Source of the DNA: Candidatus Thorarchaeota archaeon
GTDB taxonomy: Archaea; Asgardarchaeota; Thorarchaeia; Thorarchaeales; Thorarchaeaceae
Length of the DNA: 32,520 nucleotides
Direction of reading: 5' to 3'
NCBI GenBank assembly: GCA_016839445.1
Contig: JAEOUG010000008.1
Location: forward strand, 1 to 32,520
The position numbers and the translations under genes are program-made. The notes under the pieces are model-generated. The model was not told where the DNA came from. It did no database searches and saw nothing but the letters and a program-made list of their open reading frames with translations. This document shows positions 8,265-16,683 of this stretch, piece by piece; the stretch's first letter is position 1; the number at the start of each line of letters is the position of its first letter.

Positions 8265-8945
8265 ATGCCGAGCGACGAATGGAAATACTTCATGGACAAC
8301 TACTACGGCAATCCATACATGATGTGGCATGATGGTATCAATGAGAAGTCAGTCACCCGGTTGGTCGGGGAGGAACGAGACCAGGCTGAGGATATGCTGA
8401 TTCAGTCGCTCAAAGAGGGTGACCATTACGCGGCCATTGGTCTTCGCGAACTACGCTCAGAAAAGGCGATTCCGCATCTGGAGGAAGTCCTTCAACGCAG
8501 CAGTGGCGTATTGGCCGTAGAGATAGCGGTGGCGCTATGCATAATCAGGGGCAACCATGAGTTCGTTCCACAGGTCATTGCCGTTCTGAAGCGCTCTCCC
8601 TTCTGGTCTGCTCGGATTAGAGCCGCCCTGTCACTACGGAGGTTCCCCACAACTGAGGTCATCGAGTCGCTCTATGAGTCAGTGGCCAGAGACCCTGACT
8701 ATCTTGTGAGAAACCACGCCTCGGAAACCCTCCTATTCCTTCACAGTCTCGAGCCGGCAATCTCTGAGCACAAAGAGATCTTCAACCATATGATCTTCGA
8801 ATACGATAGAGATGGCGGGAAGCCTACTGAAGAGGCATATGACCACTACTCAGAGTGCGCCCGTTTGTTGCGCGAACTGATTGAAGCCCAAGGCAGCGTG
8901 CGACAGGAGACGATCATAGACGACATCTGGTCGTGGAATCGCTGA
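8265..8945 (+). CDS. HEAT-repeat (PBS-lyase-like) protein
   Basis: Repeated helical units 'AAIGLRELRSEKAIPHLEEVL', 'RIRAALSLRRFPTTEVIESL' and 'DPDYLVRNHASETL'. The start is the ATG at 8265 or the GTG at 8259. Confidence 0.8.
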   Translation: MPSDEWKYFMDNYYGNPYMMWHDGINEKSVTRLVGEERDQAEDMLIQSLKEGDHYAAIGLRELRSEKAIPHLEEVLQRSSGVLAVEIAVALCIIRGNHEFVPQVIAVLKRSPFWSARIRAALSLRRFPTTEVIESLYESVARDPDYLVRNHASETLLFLHSLEPAISEHKEIFNHMIFEYDRDGGKPTEEAYDHYSECARLLRELIEAQGSVRQETIIDDIWSWNR

Positions 8946-9128
8946 GAGAGCCACTGCGAATAGCAGGACCGCTGCATCTAGACCAGCAAGTATTAAACGC
9001 GAGCTTGGGGCCAAACTGAGAAGCCCATAACATGCATCCCCAGGGATACTACTCTCAGGATTGACTGCGGAACTGGTTGTAGGAACACCACCATTGGATG
9101 ACCGACTGAGGCCCGGACGTAACCAGAT

Positions 9129-10241
9129 GTGACAAGCAAGCGGATTTCATGGATTGATCTCACCAAGGCAGCAGCCCTTCTCACGGTGATATTCGTACAT
9201 TCCACTCCCCGTGACGATCTGACAGCGGTATTGACTGGCTTCGTACTTCCGGTGTTCTTCATCCTCTATGGAGTTGCTCACAGTAGTGAGAAGCACAGAG
9301 ACAACCTCCGACAGTACATTGCGGGCAGATTCAGGGCGTTGATGATACCGTATTTCATCCTGACCACCGCCATGGTTTTCCTCTATCTGGCCGTATACCC
9401 CCAGGTTGACGTGGGTCTTACTCCCTCGAACTTCGTTTTCTGGTCCCTGTATGGCAACGGTCCCCCAGGAAGAGTGACACATCTCTGGTTCCTTAGGACC
9501 ATGTTCTTCGCCCTCGTTCTCTTCTCACTCCTTGACAAGTATCTTCACGATAGACCACCTGTGGTTCGCTATCTCATTCTCCTCCTATCTCCAGCTCTGG
9601 GCCTTTGGCTACGTGCTGCGTTTGGAGTCAGTCTGATCCCATGGAGCGTGGACTCGGTCCTTGTTGCGCTCTCCTTTATGATGGTGGGCCAAGAGATACG
9701 GAAGCACAATCGCACTGGATCATGGAGCATAGGCCCTGCATTTGACATTCTCAGTGTTGGCGCGTCTCTGACTCTTTTCGTCGCAGTGGCTTGGCTCAAT
9801 GGCTATGTCAACATCGGCGAGAGCATCTACGGAAACTCCGTGTATGCCTATCTTCTGACAGGAGTTGTGGGTACGTACGTCGTTGGCGTGGTCTCATACT
9901 ACGTATGCACGCGGAGTCCCAAGATTTGCGGTCTTGCGGCCAGATTCAACGAATTCGGTCAGGAAGTCTATGAGATACACCCACTCATCATCCAGACCAA
10001 CATAGAGCTGTTCAGCGGACTGGCCATCTGGCAGTACCTCACGGTGTACCCGGGTGCTCCGTTGTTCCTAGTCAACTTCCCCTTGGCAATACTGCTGTCA
10101 TGGATACTGGCATCTAGGGTCATAGTTCGCTCAGGCGCGCTTCAGTTCGCCTTTCGGGGATGGAGAGTGAAAGGAAAGCCCCCTGAGCCATCCTTCTCAG
10201 AGGTAGAGAACAACAACTCGGTACCATCGAACCCGAACTAA
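9129..10241 (+). CDS. Acyltransferase family 3 (OafA/NolL-like) membrane protein
   Basis: Contains 'RISWIDLTK...VIFVH', 'FVLPVFFILYG', 'RFRALMIPY', 'HLWFL' and 'VYEIHP', with about 10 TM helices. Confidence 0.88.
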   Translation: MTSKRISWIDLTKAAALLTVIFVHSTPRDDLTAVLTGFVLPVFFILYGVAHSSEKHRDNLRQYIAGRFRALMIPYFILTTAMVFLYLAVYPQVDVGLTPSNFVFWSLYGNGPPGRVTHLWFLRTMFFALVLFSLLDKYLHDRPPVVRYLILLLSPALGLWLRAAFGVSLIPWSVDSVLVALSFMMVGQEIRKHNRTGSWSIGPAFDILSVGASLTLFVAVAWLNGYVNIGESIYGNSVYAYLLTGVVGTYVVGVVSYYVCTRSPKICGLAARFNEFGQEVYEIHPLIIQTNIELFSGLAIWQYLTVYPGAPLFLVNFPLAILLSWILASRVIVRSGALQFAFRGWRVKGKPPEPSFSEVENNNSVPSNPN

Positions 10242-10246
10242 GCGTA

Positions 10247-11428
10247 TCACCTAGTCCTGGAAGTCGCATCCTCGAATTCCTTGCGGACTCTATCCATTAG
10301 ATTAGAGTCTGTTAGCAGGTCAATCGCAGTAAGGGCAAGGGCCTTTGCGGCGCTGATCATCGCCTGGTGGCCCCTCTCCGAAGATGCCGCCTTTTCGAAC
10401 TCCTGAGAGTGCCCTGCAATATCATTATCGCAGATTGAGATGTAGGGGTGTATTGCTGGCACGACCTGACTCACGTTGCCAATGTCGCTAGAACCTGCGC
10501 CGCTCCCTTCTGGAATTGGTATGAGCGGCTCGCCGATGGCTTCCAGATTCTTCACGAATGCCTCACCCATGTATTTGTTCATGAGTCTTGACTTGTACGA
10601 AGGTTCGATTATCTTGAAGCTCAGGGTCGCACCTGTTGCTAGAGCAGCTCCTTCTGCACACTTCCTAACCTTATCTACGAGTTTACTGCAATAGTGATCA
10701 TCCTCAGCTCGGACGTAGAAGGAAGCTGCTGCGAATTCTGGTACAATATTCGGCTTGACTCCTCCGTGATCGATAATGCCGTGAATCCTCGCACTGCTCT
10801 GGATGTGTTGGCGCATCGCGTTTATTCCGTTGAATGTCTGAATGACTGCATCCAGTGCGTTGATACCCTTCTCCGGACTAGCTGATGCGTGTGCAGCTTT
10901 GCCGTGGAACTCGATCTTCACCTCTGTGAGGGCAAGACCCTTCCGACCCACCAGAGTGTATCCTGCAGAGGGATGAAACATCATCGCCGCGTCGATGTTG
11001 TCGAATATCCCAGCTTCCACCATGGCTATCTTGCCGCCAATGTCCTCCTCGGCCGGAGTGCCCAGGAACACAAGCCGTCCAGGAATTCTCTCCTTCACCG
11101 AAGCCACGGCGAGTGCGGCGCCAAGCGCAGAGGCTGCGATTAGATTGTGCCCACACGCATGACCAATCTCTGGTAATGCATCGTATTCCGCTAGGATGGC
11201 TATGGTCGGCCCCTTGGATGTGCTGGGATGGTGGGCAACTATGGCCGTCTCCATGCCTGCAGCCCCACGAGTCACATCAAAGCCTGACTTCTCCAGCTCC
11301 TCCGCCAGTCTTCTGGATGCCTCGATTTCCTTGAACGCTAGCTCGGGGTTCTTGTGCATCCAGTCTGCAATCTCGACAAGTAGGGACCTGATTCCGTCCA
11401 CGTAGTCAATGACTTCTTCTTTGGGCAT
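10247..11428 (-). CDS. M20-family amidohydrolase (ACY1L2/PM20D2/AbgB-like)
   Basis: Contains 'HKNPELAFKE', 'AEYDALPEIGHACGHN', 'GTPAEE..GGK', 'GKAAHA..SPEKGINALDA' and 'GSSDIGNVS'. Confidence 0.93.
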   Translation of the reverse strand: MPKEEVIDYVDGIRSLLVEIADWMHKNPELAFKEIEASRRLAEELEKSGFDVTRGAAGMETAIVAHHPSTSKGPTIAILAEYDALPEIGHACGHNLIAASALGAALAVASVKERIPGRLVFLGTPAEEDIGGKIAMVEAGIFDNIDAAMMFHPSAGYTLVGRKGLALTEVKIEFHGKAAHASASPEKGINALDAVIQTFNGINAMRQHIQSSARIHGIIDHGGVKPNIVPEFAAASFYVRAEDDHYCSKLVDKVRKCAEGAALATGATLSFKIIEPSYKSRLMNKYMGEAFVKNLEAIGEPLIPIPEGSGAGSSDIGNVSQVVPAIHPYISICDNDIAGHSQEFEKAASSERGHQAMISAAKALALTAIDLLTDSNLMDRVRKEFEDATSRTR

Positions 11429-11487
11429 ATCAATCGCAGGTCCTCTAGTCTCACGATATCTTGAGTCTTCGCATTTCTTGCATTGTT

Positions 11488-11509
11488 TCCGCTATTCTCT
11501 AATAGTGGA
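11488..11509. promoter_or_regulatory. Imperfect inverted repeat between divergent genes
   Basis: TCCGCTATT-CTCT-AATAGTGGA, with 9-bp arms and one mismatch (a G-U wobble in RNA). Confidence 0.35.
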
Positions 11510-11550
11510 TGAGGGTTCAACAGCGCTCGATAATGGTCGGTGAATAGGAT

Positions 11551-12348
11551 ATGGACTTCGAGAACAGAGTAGCCATAGTGACAGGAGCTGCGCGTGGCAT
11601 TGGAGAAGCCACCGCATGGGCGTTCGCGGAGCGCGGCGCCATAGTCGTCATTGTGGACATCGATGGCGCAGGAGCCAAACGTGTGGCAAACCAACTCGAG
11701 GCGAAGGGATTGCAGGCTGCCGCCTTTGAGGTGGATGTCGCGGATCGACAGGCTGTTGATGCTATGACTGAAGAAGTCTTGTCCCGTTTCGGCAGAATAG
11801 ACATACTCGTGAACAACGCCTATGTGTCGGGTGGATACGCGCTGGTAACTGAAACCAGCAATGAGACTTGGGATAGAGTGCTTGCAGTCAACCTGACTGG
11901 ATACTTCAACTGCGCCAGAGCAGTCGCCAGGTCAATGATTGAGCGGAAGTCAGGGAAGATAGTCAACATATCTTCTGGTGCGGGAGTCAATGGTAGCCTC
12001 TCGTCGGGTGTGCAGTATCCTGCGAGCAAGGCTGGTATCATAGGGCTCACTAAGGGTCTTGCCGGTGACTTGGCACCATATGGCATCAATGTCAACTGTG
12101 TCACTCCGGGGCTCATCAGAACGTGGGCCGAGGGTGAGGTCTCATCTGGATGGACTGACGACAAAGTGAACAGATACATCGAAGTCGAGGTGCCTCTCAA
12201 GCGCGCTGGCCGCCCGGAGGAGATTGCAGAGGTGATTGTGTTCCTTGCATCAGATGCTGCCAGCTACATCGTCGGCGAAGTAATCAACGTTGACGGCGGG
12301 GGCATGCTTGATTCAGTGGCCAAACGAGAGTCGCTTCTGGGCTTCTAG
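11551..12348 (+). CDS. Classical short-chain dehydrogenase/reductase (FabG-like)
   Basis: Contains TGAARGIG, VNNA, NISS, the catalytic YPASK and 'GEVINVDGG'. An acidic residue after beta-2 (VDID) suggests NAD(H) preference. Confidence 0.93.
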   Translation: MDFENRVAIVTGAARGIGEATAWAFAERGAIVVIVDIDGAGAKRVANQLEAKGLQAAAFEVDVADRQAVDAMTEEVLSRFGRIDILVNNAYVSGGYALVTETSNETWDRVLAVNLTGYFNCARAVARSMIERKSGKIVNISSGAGVNGSLSSGVQYPASKAGIIGLTKGLAGDLAPYGINVNCVTPGLIRTWAEGEVSSGWTDDKVNRYIEVEVPLKRAGRPEEIAEVIVFLASDAASYIVGEVINVDGGGMLDSVAKRESLLGF

Positions 12349-12446
12349 ATTGATGCTGTTCTCTCGGAGCATCCGAGTAGAGATTCCATATCGTGCCCTC
12401 GATAGGTCCTGTTCCACTGCTTGACCACAGTTCCAGAGGAATTAGA

Positions 12447-13295
12447 ATGAGATACGGCATTAACATCCCGAATTTCGGTTGGTTTGGAAGTGTTGACGCT
12501 CTCGTGGACTATGCCGCCATCGCTGAGGATGCTGGCTGGGACGCCTTCATACTGTGGGATCACATGCTGGTGTTCAAACAGGAGGACATGGTTCTACCCT
12601 TCGCAGACCCCTGGGTTGCACTGACTGCAATCGCCTGCAATACGACCAAGATCCGACTTGGCACAGGAATCACTCCTCTGCCTCGCAGGAGGCCCTGGAA
12701 GGTGGCAAGAGAGGCTGTATCGCTCGATCATGTTTCAAAGGGAAGGTTCACTCTGGGCGTTGGCATTGGTGCCCCTCCTGACGTTGAATTCGACTACTTC
12801 TCTGAAGAATCCAACGCGGCGATTCGAGCTCAGAAGCTAGACGAAGGATTGGAGATAATCAAGGGACTGTGGTCCGGAGAACCATTCTCATATCAAGGAA
12901 GACACTATCAGCTAAGGGAGATGACCTTCTTGCCCAAGCCGTATCAGCAGGGAGGAATCCCACTCTGGATTGGAGGCGGGTACCCGGCAACAGCTCCCTT
13001 CCGAAGAGCTGCACGCTACAACGCAGTATACCCCGTTCACTCCAAATGGCCAGAGCCACTTGCCCCTGACCATCTGAAGTACATCTTGGGAATAGTGGAG
13101 GCGGAACGCGGATCCTTGAAGGATTATGATGTCGTTGTCTGTGGGGAGACTTCGGGCACAGGAACTGAAGAAGACTACGAGAAGCTCACGTCTTGGCGCG
13201 ACGCAGGGGCCACTTGGTGGATGGAGGACATACACGGAATCCGTGCTGAGGTTGATGAGCTCAAGGCACGAATCACAGCTGGTCCGCCCAAATAA
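12447..13295 (+). CDS. LLM-class flavin/F420-dependent oxidoreductase (luciferase-like)
   Basis: Contains 'AEDAGWDAFILWDH', 'DPWVALTAIA..T.KIRLG', 'SLDHVSKGRFTLGVGIG' and 'PKPYQ..IPLWIGG'. The ATG at 12447 (MRYGINIP) is preferred. Confidence 0.9.
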   Translation: MRYGINIPNFGWFGSVDALVDYAAIAEDAGWDAFILWDHMLVFKQEDMVLPFADPWVALTAIACNTTKIRLGTGITPLPRRRPWKVAREAVSLDHVSKGRFTLGVGIGAPPDVEFDYFSEESNAAIRAQKLDEGLEIIKGLWSGEPFSYQGRHYQLREMTFLPKPYQQGGIPLWIGGGYPATAPFRRAARYNAVYPVHSKWPEPLAPDHLKYILGIVEAERGSLKDYDVVVCGETSGTGTEEDYEKLTSWRDAGATWWMEDIHGIRAEVDELKARITAGPPK

Positions 13296-13335
13296 ATAGC
13301 TGAATGCCTCTACTCTGAGAGGATGTGAGTCATCA

Positions 13336-13608
13336 TTGGCGGACAAAGATAGAGAAGTAGCAGAGAGGATACTTGGCGGGATGGCGGAACAGAGATCCAA
13401 GACTGGTGGTGCTTGCCGGGGATGTGGCTTTGAAGCAGCTGATAATGACTTATTCGAGTGCGAAGAGTGCGGTTCGCCCGTCTGCACTTACTGCCACAAT
13501 ATGACCATGGATGGTGGCATGATCTGCCGGGCCTGCATCAAAGCGCAGGGCCTCACACCGGATGATGTCATGTTTGAGGAGGACGGACAGGGCCGGTCCT
13601 TCTTCTAG
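13336..13608 (+). CDS. Small acidic protein with an 8-Cys double zinc finger (FYVE/PHD-like spacing)
   Basis: CRGC-x11-CEECG-x3-CTYC-x10-CRAC in a 90-aa protein. It fills the gap between the LLM and BtrH genes and has a TTG start. Confidence 0.8.
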   Translation: MADKDREVAERILGGMAEQRSKTGGACRGCGFEAADNDLFECEECGSPVCTYCHNMTMDGGMICRACIKAQGLTPDDVMFEEDGQGRSFF

Positions 13609-13623
13609 AGTTGGGAGCGAGAG

Positions 13624-14832
13624 ATGAGCCAGAAGGACTTCGAACCTGCGGGAATTGGAAGCGATCAGATAGTACTGGACTTCCAGCACTTCGGTGGTGG
13701 TAGGAACTGCCAGACCAGTGCTATGCAGCGTCTAATGCACCATCTCGGGCATGACATAAGTGAACCGATGCTGGTAGGGATTTCGGCAGGCCTGGGCTTC
13801 ATCTACTGGTTCATGAAGATGATGACATACCCAGTCATCGGGGGAATGAATCGGTCTGACTGCAGAGAATTCCCCGGTATCCTTGGTAAGGCTGCGCGTA
13901 GATTGGGAGGCGACTTCGAGGCTATTCGTACGAAGAGCGTGAAGAAGGCACACTTGTTTCTCAAGGAAACTCTACTAGAAGACCAACCTGCCCTCGTATG
14001 TGTTGACATGGCCTATCTTGACCACTTGCTCACTGGAGAGGACGATCACTTCGGCGAGCACAATTTCCTCGTCTTCGGGATAGACGAACAGAGGGATCTG
14101 GCGTACATCTCGGACCGTTTTCATGGCACGACTACAATGTCTCTTGTACAGCTTCAGAGAGCACGTTCATCGGAGTTCAGACCGTTTCCAGCTATGAACC
14201 AGATGGTGCGATTCACGCTGCCGGAGGAACTCACTCCCCTGCAGAATGTCATCCCGTCTGCAATCCGCGAGAACGTGAAAGCACTCCTGAACCCGCCGAT
14301 TTCCAACTTCGGCATAGAAGGGATCAAGAAGTGGAGCAAAGAACTCGGGAGGTACCAGAAGATCATCCCCGATGCGCGAAATCTTGCTCACGCCCTTGTG
14401 ATGCACTACATATACATCGAAACGGGTGGCTCTGGTGGCGCGATATTCCGTCAGATCTACAAGGACTTCCTCGAAGAAGCTGGTGGGCTCCTAGAGAATG
14501 ATGGTATTCTGAGAGCTGCACAGGACTTCGAGAGGATTGTGTCAACTTGGAGGTCAATCGCTGAAGCCCTGCTGCCAGATGAATTTTCTGCGCTCTCTGA
14601 GCTTCGGAGAATTCAGTGGCGGTGTAACGAACTCATGGAGACCGAAGGTCTGGCTTCAATCAGGAAGGCAGGACGTCTTGCAGCCAAAGTGCCTGCTCTT
14701 CTGGATGAGGCTGCAGCATCTGAGGTGACTCACTACGGAGAATTCGTGCCCAAGGTACAAGAGCTTCTGGAAACCGTGGCAGGTCTTGAGGAGCAGGCTC
14801 TGAAGGAGCTCAATGGGTCGGTCCGGGGGTAA
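13624..14832 (+). CDS. BtrH_N + DUF4872 protein (papain/C39-like fold)
   Basis: Contains 'FQHFGGGRNCQT', 'SEPMLVGISAGLGFIY', 'VDMAYL', 'HFGEH...VFGID', 'ISDR' and 'ETGGSGGAIFR..Y..FLEEA'. Confidence 0.85.
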   Translation: MSQKDFEPAGIGSDQIVLDFQHFGGGRNCQTSAMQRLMHHLGHDISEPMLVGISAGLGFIYWFMKMMTYPVIGGMNRSDCREFPGILGKAARRLGGDFEAIRTKSVKKAHLFLKETLLEDQPALVCVDMAYLDHLLTGEDDHFGEHNFLVFGIDEQRDLAYISDRFHGTTTMSLVQLQRARSSEFRPFPAMNQMVRFTLPEELTPLQNVIPSAIRENVKALLNPPISNFGIEGIKKWSKELGRYQKIIPDARNLAHALVMHYIYIETGGSGGAIFRQIYKDFLEEAGGLLENDGILRAAQDFERIVSTWRSIAEALLPDEFSALSELRRIQWRCNELMETEGLASIRKAGRLAAKVPALLDEAAASEVTHYGEFVPKVQELLETVAGLEEQALKELNGSVRG

Positions 14833-14846
14833 TCTCGCGAGGGGCA

Positions 14847-14868
14847 TCAGACTAATATCGAAGTCTGA
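14847..14868 (+). promoter_or_regulatory. Heliorhodopsin promoter: TATA-like TAATAT enclosed by the inverted repeat TCAGACT-N8-AGTCTGA
   Basis: AGACTAAT at 14849-14856 is a variant of the AGACTTAT promoter motif and lies about 31 nt before ATG 14887. The perfect 7-bp arms are at 14847-14853 and 14862-14868. Confidence 0.55.
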
Positions 14869-14886
14869 GTACTAGTATTGATTCAA

Positions 14887-15708
14887 ATGAACGGTCAAGA
14901 GAGTACAGGGAGCTCCTCTAGCTCGCCTATCTCGTTCTCCTACCTGAAAAGAGTGAATCTTGCTGCAGGAGCTCTCCACCTAGTCACTGGAATCCTAATG
15001 CTGTTCCTCGGTCTGACGTTGGAATGGTCACTTGACGTCTACACTATATATCTCGACTTCGAGATAATACCAGTAGACCCTTTCTTTGTCGTGACTCCCA
15101 CGCCGACGGTGCTGTTCACACTGACGAACATAGGAGTGATACTCGCATCCTTCCCGCTGATGTCCGCCTTAGCACACTTCCTCATTGCTTTCCCCCTGAA
15201 TGAGAGGTATGTGGCCAATCTGGAGAAAGGAATGAACCCCTATCGATGGTATGAGTATTCCGTTTCGAGTTCTGTCATGATCTTCCTGATTACGTTTCTA
15301 CTCGGTATCTGGGACTTCTGGTCTTTAGTGATGATAGTCATACTCAACGCAATGATGATTGCTTTTGGCTATCTTATGGAGGTCTTGAACCAGTACACTG
15401 AGAAGACTAACTGGAGTCCCTTCCTACTTGGGTGCGTGTCTGGCTTCACACCGTGGGTGGTCCTCTTTGGCTACTTCTACAGCGCAATCCAGGCGGCGGA
15501 AACGAACCCACCAACGTTCGTATACATAATCATCTTGCTGTACTTCCTGCTCTTCAACATCTTCGCCCTTAACATGCTACTCCAGTACAAGAAGACGGGG
15601 AAGTGGAAGGACTATCTCTATGGGGAGCGCGTGTATATCTTGCTTAGCCTGATTGCCAAGACTCTCCTTGCTTGGATCGTCTTTGCAGGCATCTTCGCCC
15701 CATTCTAA
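14887..15708 (+). CDS. heR: Heliorhodopsin
   Basis: 7 TM helices with TM1 His ('AAGALH'), a long beta-hairpin loop, TM2 His ('SALAH'), TM3 'NPYRWYEYSVSSSVM' (Arg and Glu counterion), 'FGYLME' and TM7 'YGERVYILLSLIAKTLLAW' carrying the retinal Lys in SxxAK. The start is the ATG at 14887 or the TTG at 14878. Confidence 0.96.
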   Translation: MNGQESTGSSSSSPISFSYLKRVNLAAGALHLVTGILMLFLGLTLEWSLDVYTIYLDFEIIPVDPFFVVTPTPTVLFTLTNIGVILASFPLMSALAHFLIAFPLNERYVANLEKGMNPYRWYEYSVSSSVMIFLITFLLGIWDFWSLVMIVILNAMMIAFGYLMEVLNQYTEKTNWSPFLLGCVSGFTPWVVLFGYFYSAIQAAETNPPTFVYIIILLYFLLFNIFALNMLLQYKKTGKWKDYLYGERVYILLSLIAKTLLAWIVFAGIFAPF

Positions 15709-15724
15709 GCAACCGAACGCACAT

Positions 15725-15758
15725 CACATCTCCGGTTCTCACGAGAACTGGAGATGTG
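15725..15758 (+). other. Strong RNA hairpin (15-bp stem, CACG loop) between heliorhodopsin and the CDF gene
   Basis: CACATCTCCGGTTCT-CACG-AGAACTGGAGATGTG forms 14 Watson-Crick pairs plus one G-U on the + strand. No U-tract follows. Confidence 0.7.
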
Positions 15759-15804
15759 GCAAACAACAAGGCTCAAAAGAGGCGGGCAGTGTGCAACTCA
15801 AAGC

Positions 15805-16671
15805 ATGAGAAAGCAGACCGCCGCTTATCTAGCAGTTGCCGGAGGCCTGACGGTCTTCGGCATCAAACTGGCCGCCTACTTCATATCGAATTCCGTGGCG
15901 CTGCTTTCCGATGCCCTTGAGTCAATCGTCAATATCGTCGCATCCGCGATTATGCTCCTCTCGATTCGCGTGTCGGAACGCCCTGCTGACGATAGCCACA
16001 AGTACGGACATGAGAAGGTCGAGGACATATCAAGCGCCACAGAGGGCGTGTTCGTTCTGGCTGCGGCGTTCTTCATTGTGCTAACAGCTGCAGGACGGAT
16101 CTTCGCGCCTGTCGAGCTTCTGGAACTGAACCTGGCAATCGTTATCTCAGTATTGGCTTCAGGCATCAACGCCCTGGTATCGCTCATGCTGAGCCGGACC
16201 TCAAAGGCGACTGGCTCTGTGGCTCTTGAAGGCGATGCGAAGCACCTGCTATCGGATGTTGTTTCCTCAGCGGGTGTATGGATTGGTCTTGTCATTGTCC
16301 AGATAACTGGATGGCTCATAGTTGACGCCCTCCTCGCCTTTGTGGTTGCTGCAGTCATTATCAAAATGGGTCTGGGAATCCTTTCGAAATCACTGAACCG
16401 TCTAATGGACAAATCGTGCCCCGAAGAGGAAGCAATCATCCGACAAGTCCTAGATGAGCTCGGCTCTTCGGTCATCGAGTATCACGACCTGAGGACTCGG
16501 CGGCAGGGTACGCGTGTCCTCGCAGAAGTCCATCTGACTGTTGAGGATGAACTCAGTGTAAGAGCGGCTCATGACATTGTGGACCGGTTCGAGAAGGAAC
16601 TCCTAGAACGTGCCCCCACTATCTCGCTCACTGTCCACATCGATCCTTTGACCGAACTTGACTCCAACTAA
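15805..16671 (+). CDS. Cation diffusion facilitator (FieF/YiiP-like) metal transporter
   Basis: Contains 'SVALLSDALES', 'PADDSHKYGHEKVE', 'ALEGDAKHLLSD' and a C-terminal domain 'YHDLRTR...EVHLTV...AHDI...VHIDP'. The ATG at 15754 is an alternative start. Confidence 0.93.
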   Translation: MRKQTAAYLAVAGGLTVFGIKLAAYFISNSVALLSDALESIVNIVASAIMLLSIRVSERPADDSHKYGHEKVEDISSATEGVFVLAAAFFIVLTAAGRIFAPVELLELNLAIVISVLASGINALVSLMLSRTSKATGSVALEGDAKHLLSDVVSSAGVWIGLVIVQITGWLIVDALLAFVVAAVIIKMGLGILSKSLNRLMDKSCPEEEAIIRQVLDELGSSVIEYHDLRTRRQGTRVLAEVHLTVEDELSVRAAHDIVDRFEKELLERAPTISLTVHIDPLTELDSN

Positions 16672-16683
16672 TCAACCACTTGC

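Noticed and set aside
15876-16475. Long antisense ORFs (also 30886-31527, 25216-26034, 12912-13487, 19428-19979)
   Set aside because: They lie opposite well-supported genes, are low-information Ser/Arg-rich translations, and are expected from codon bias.
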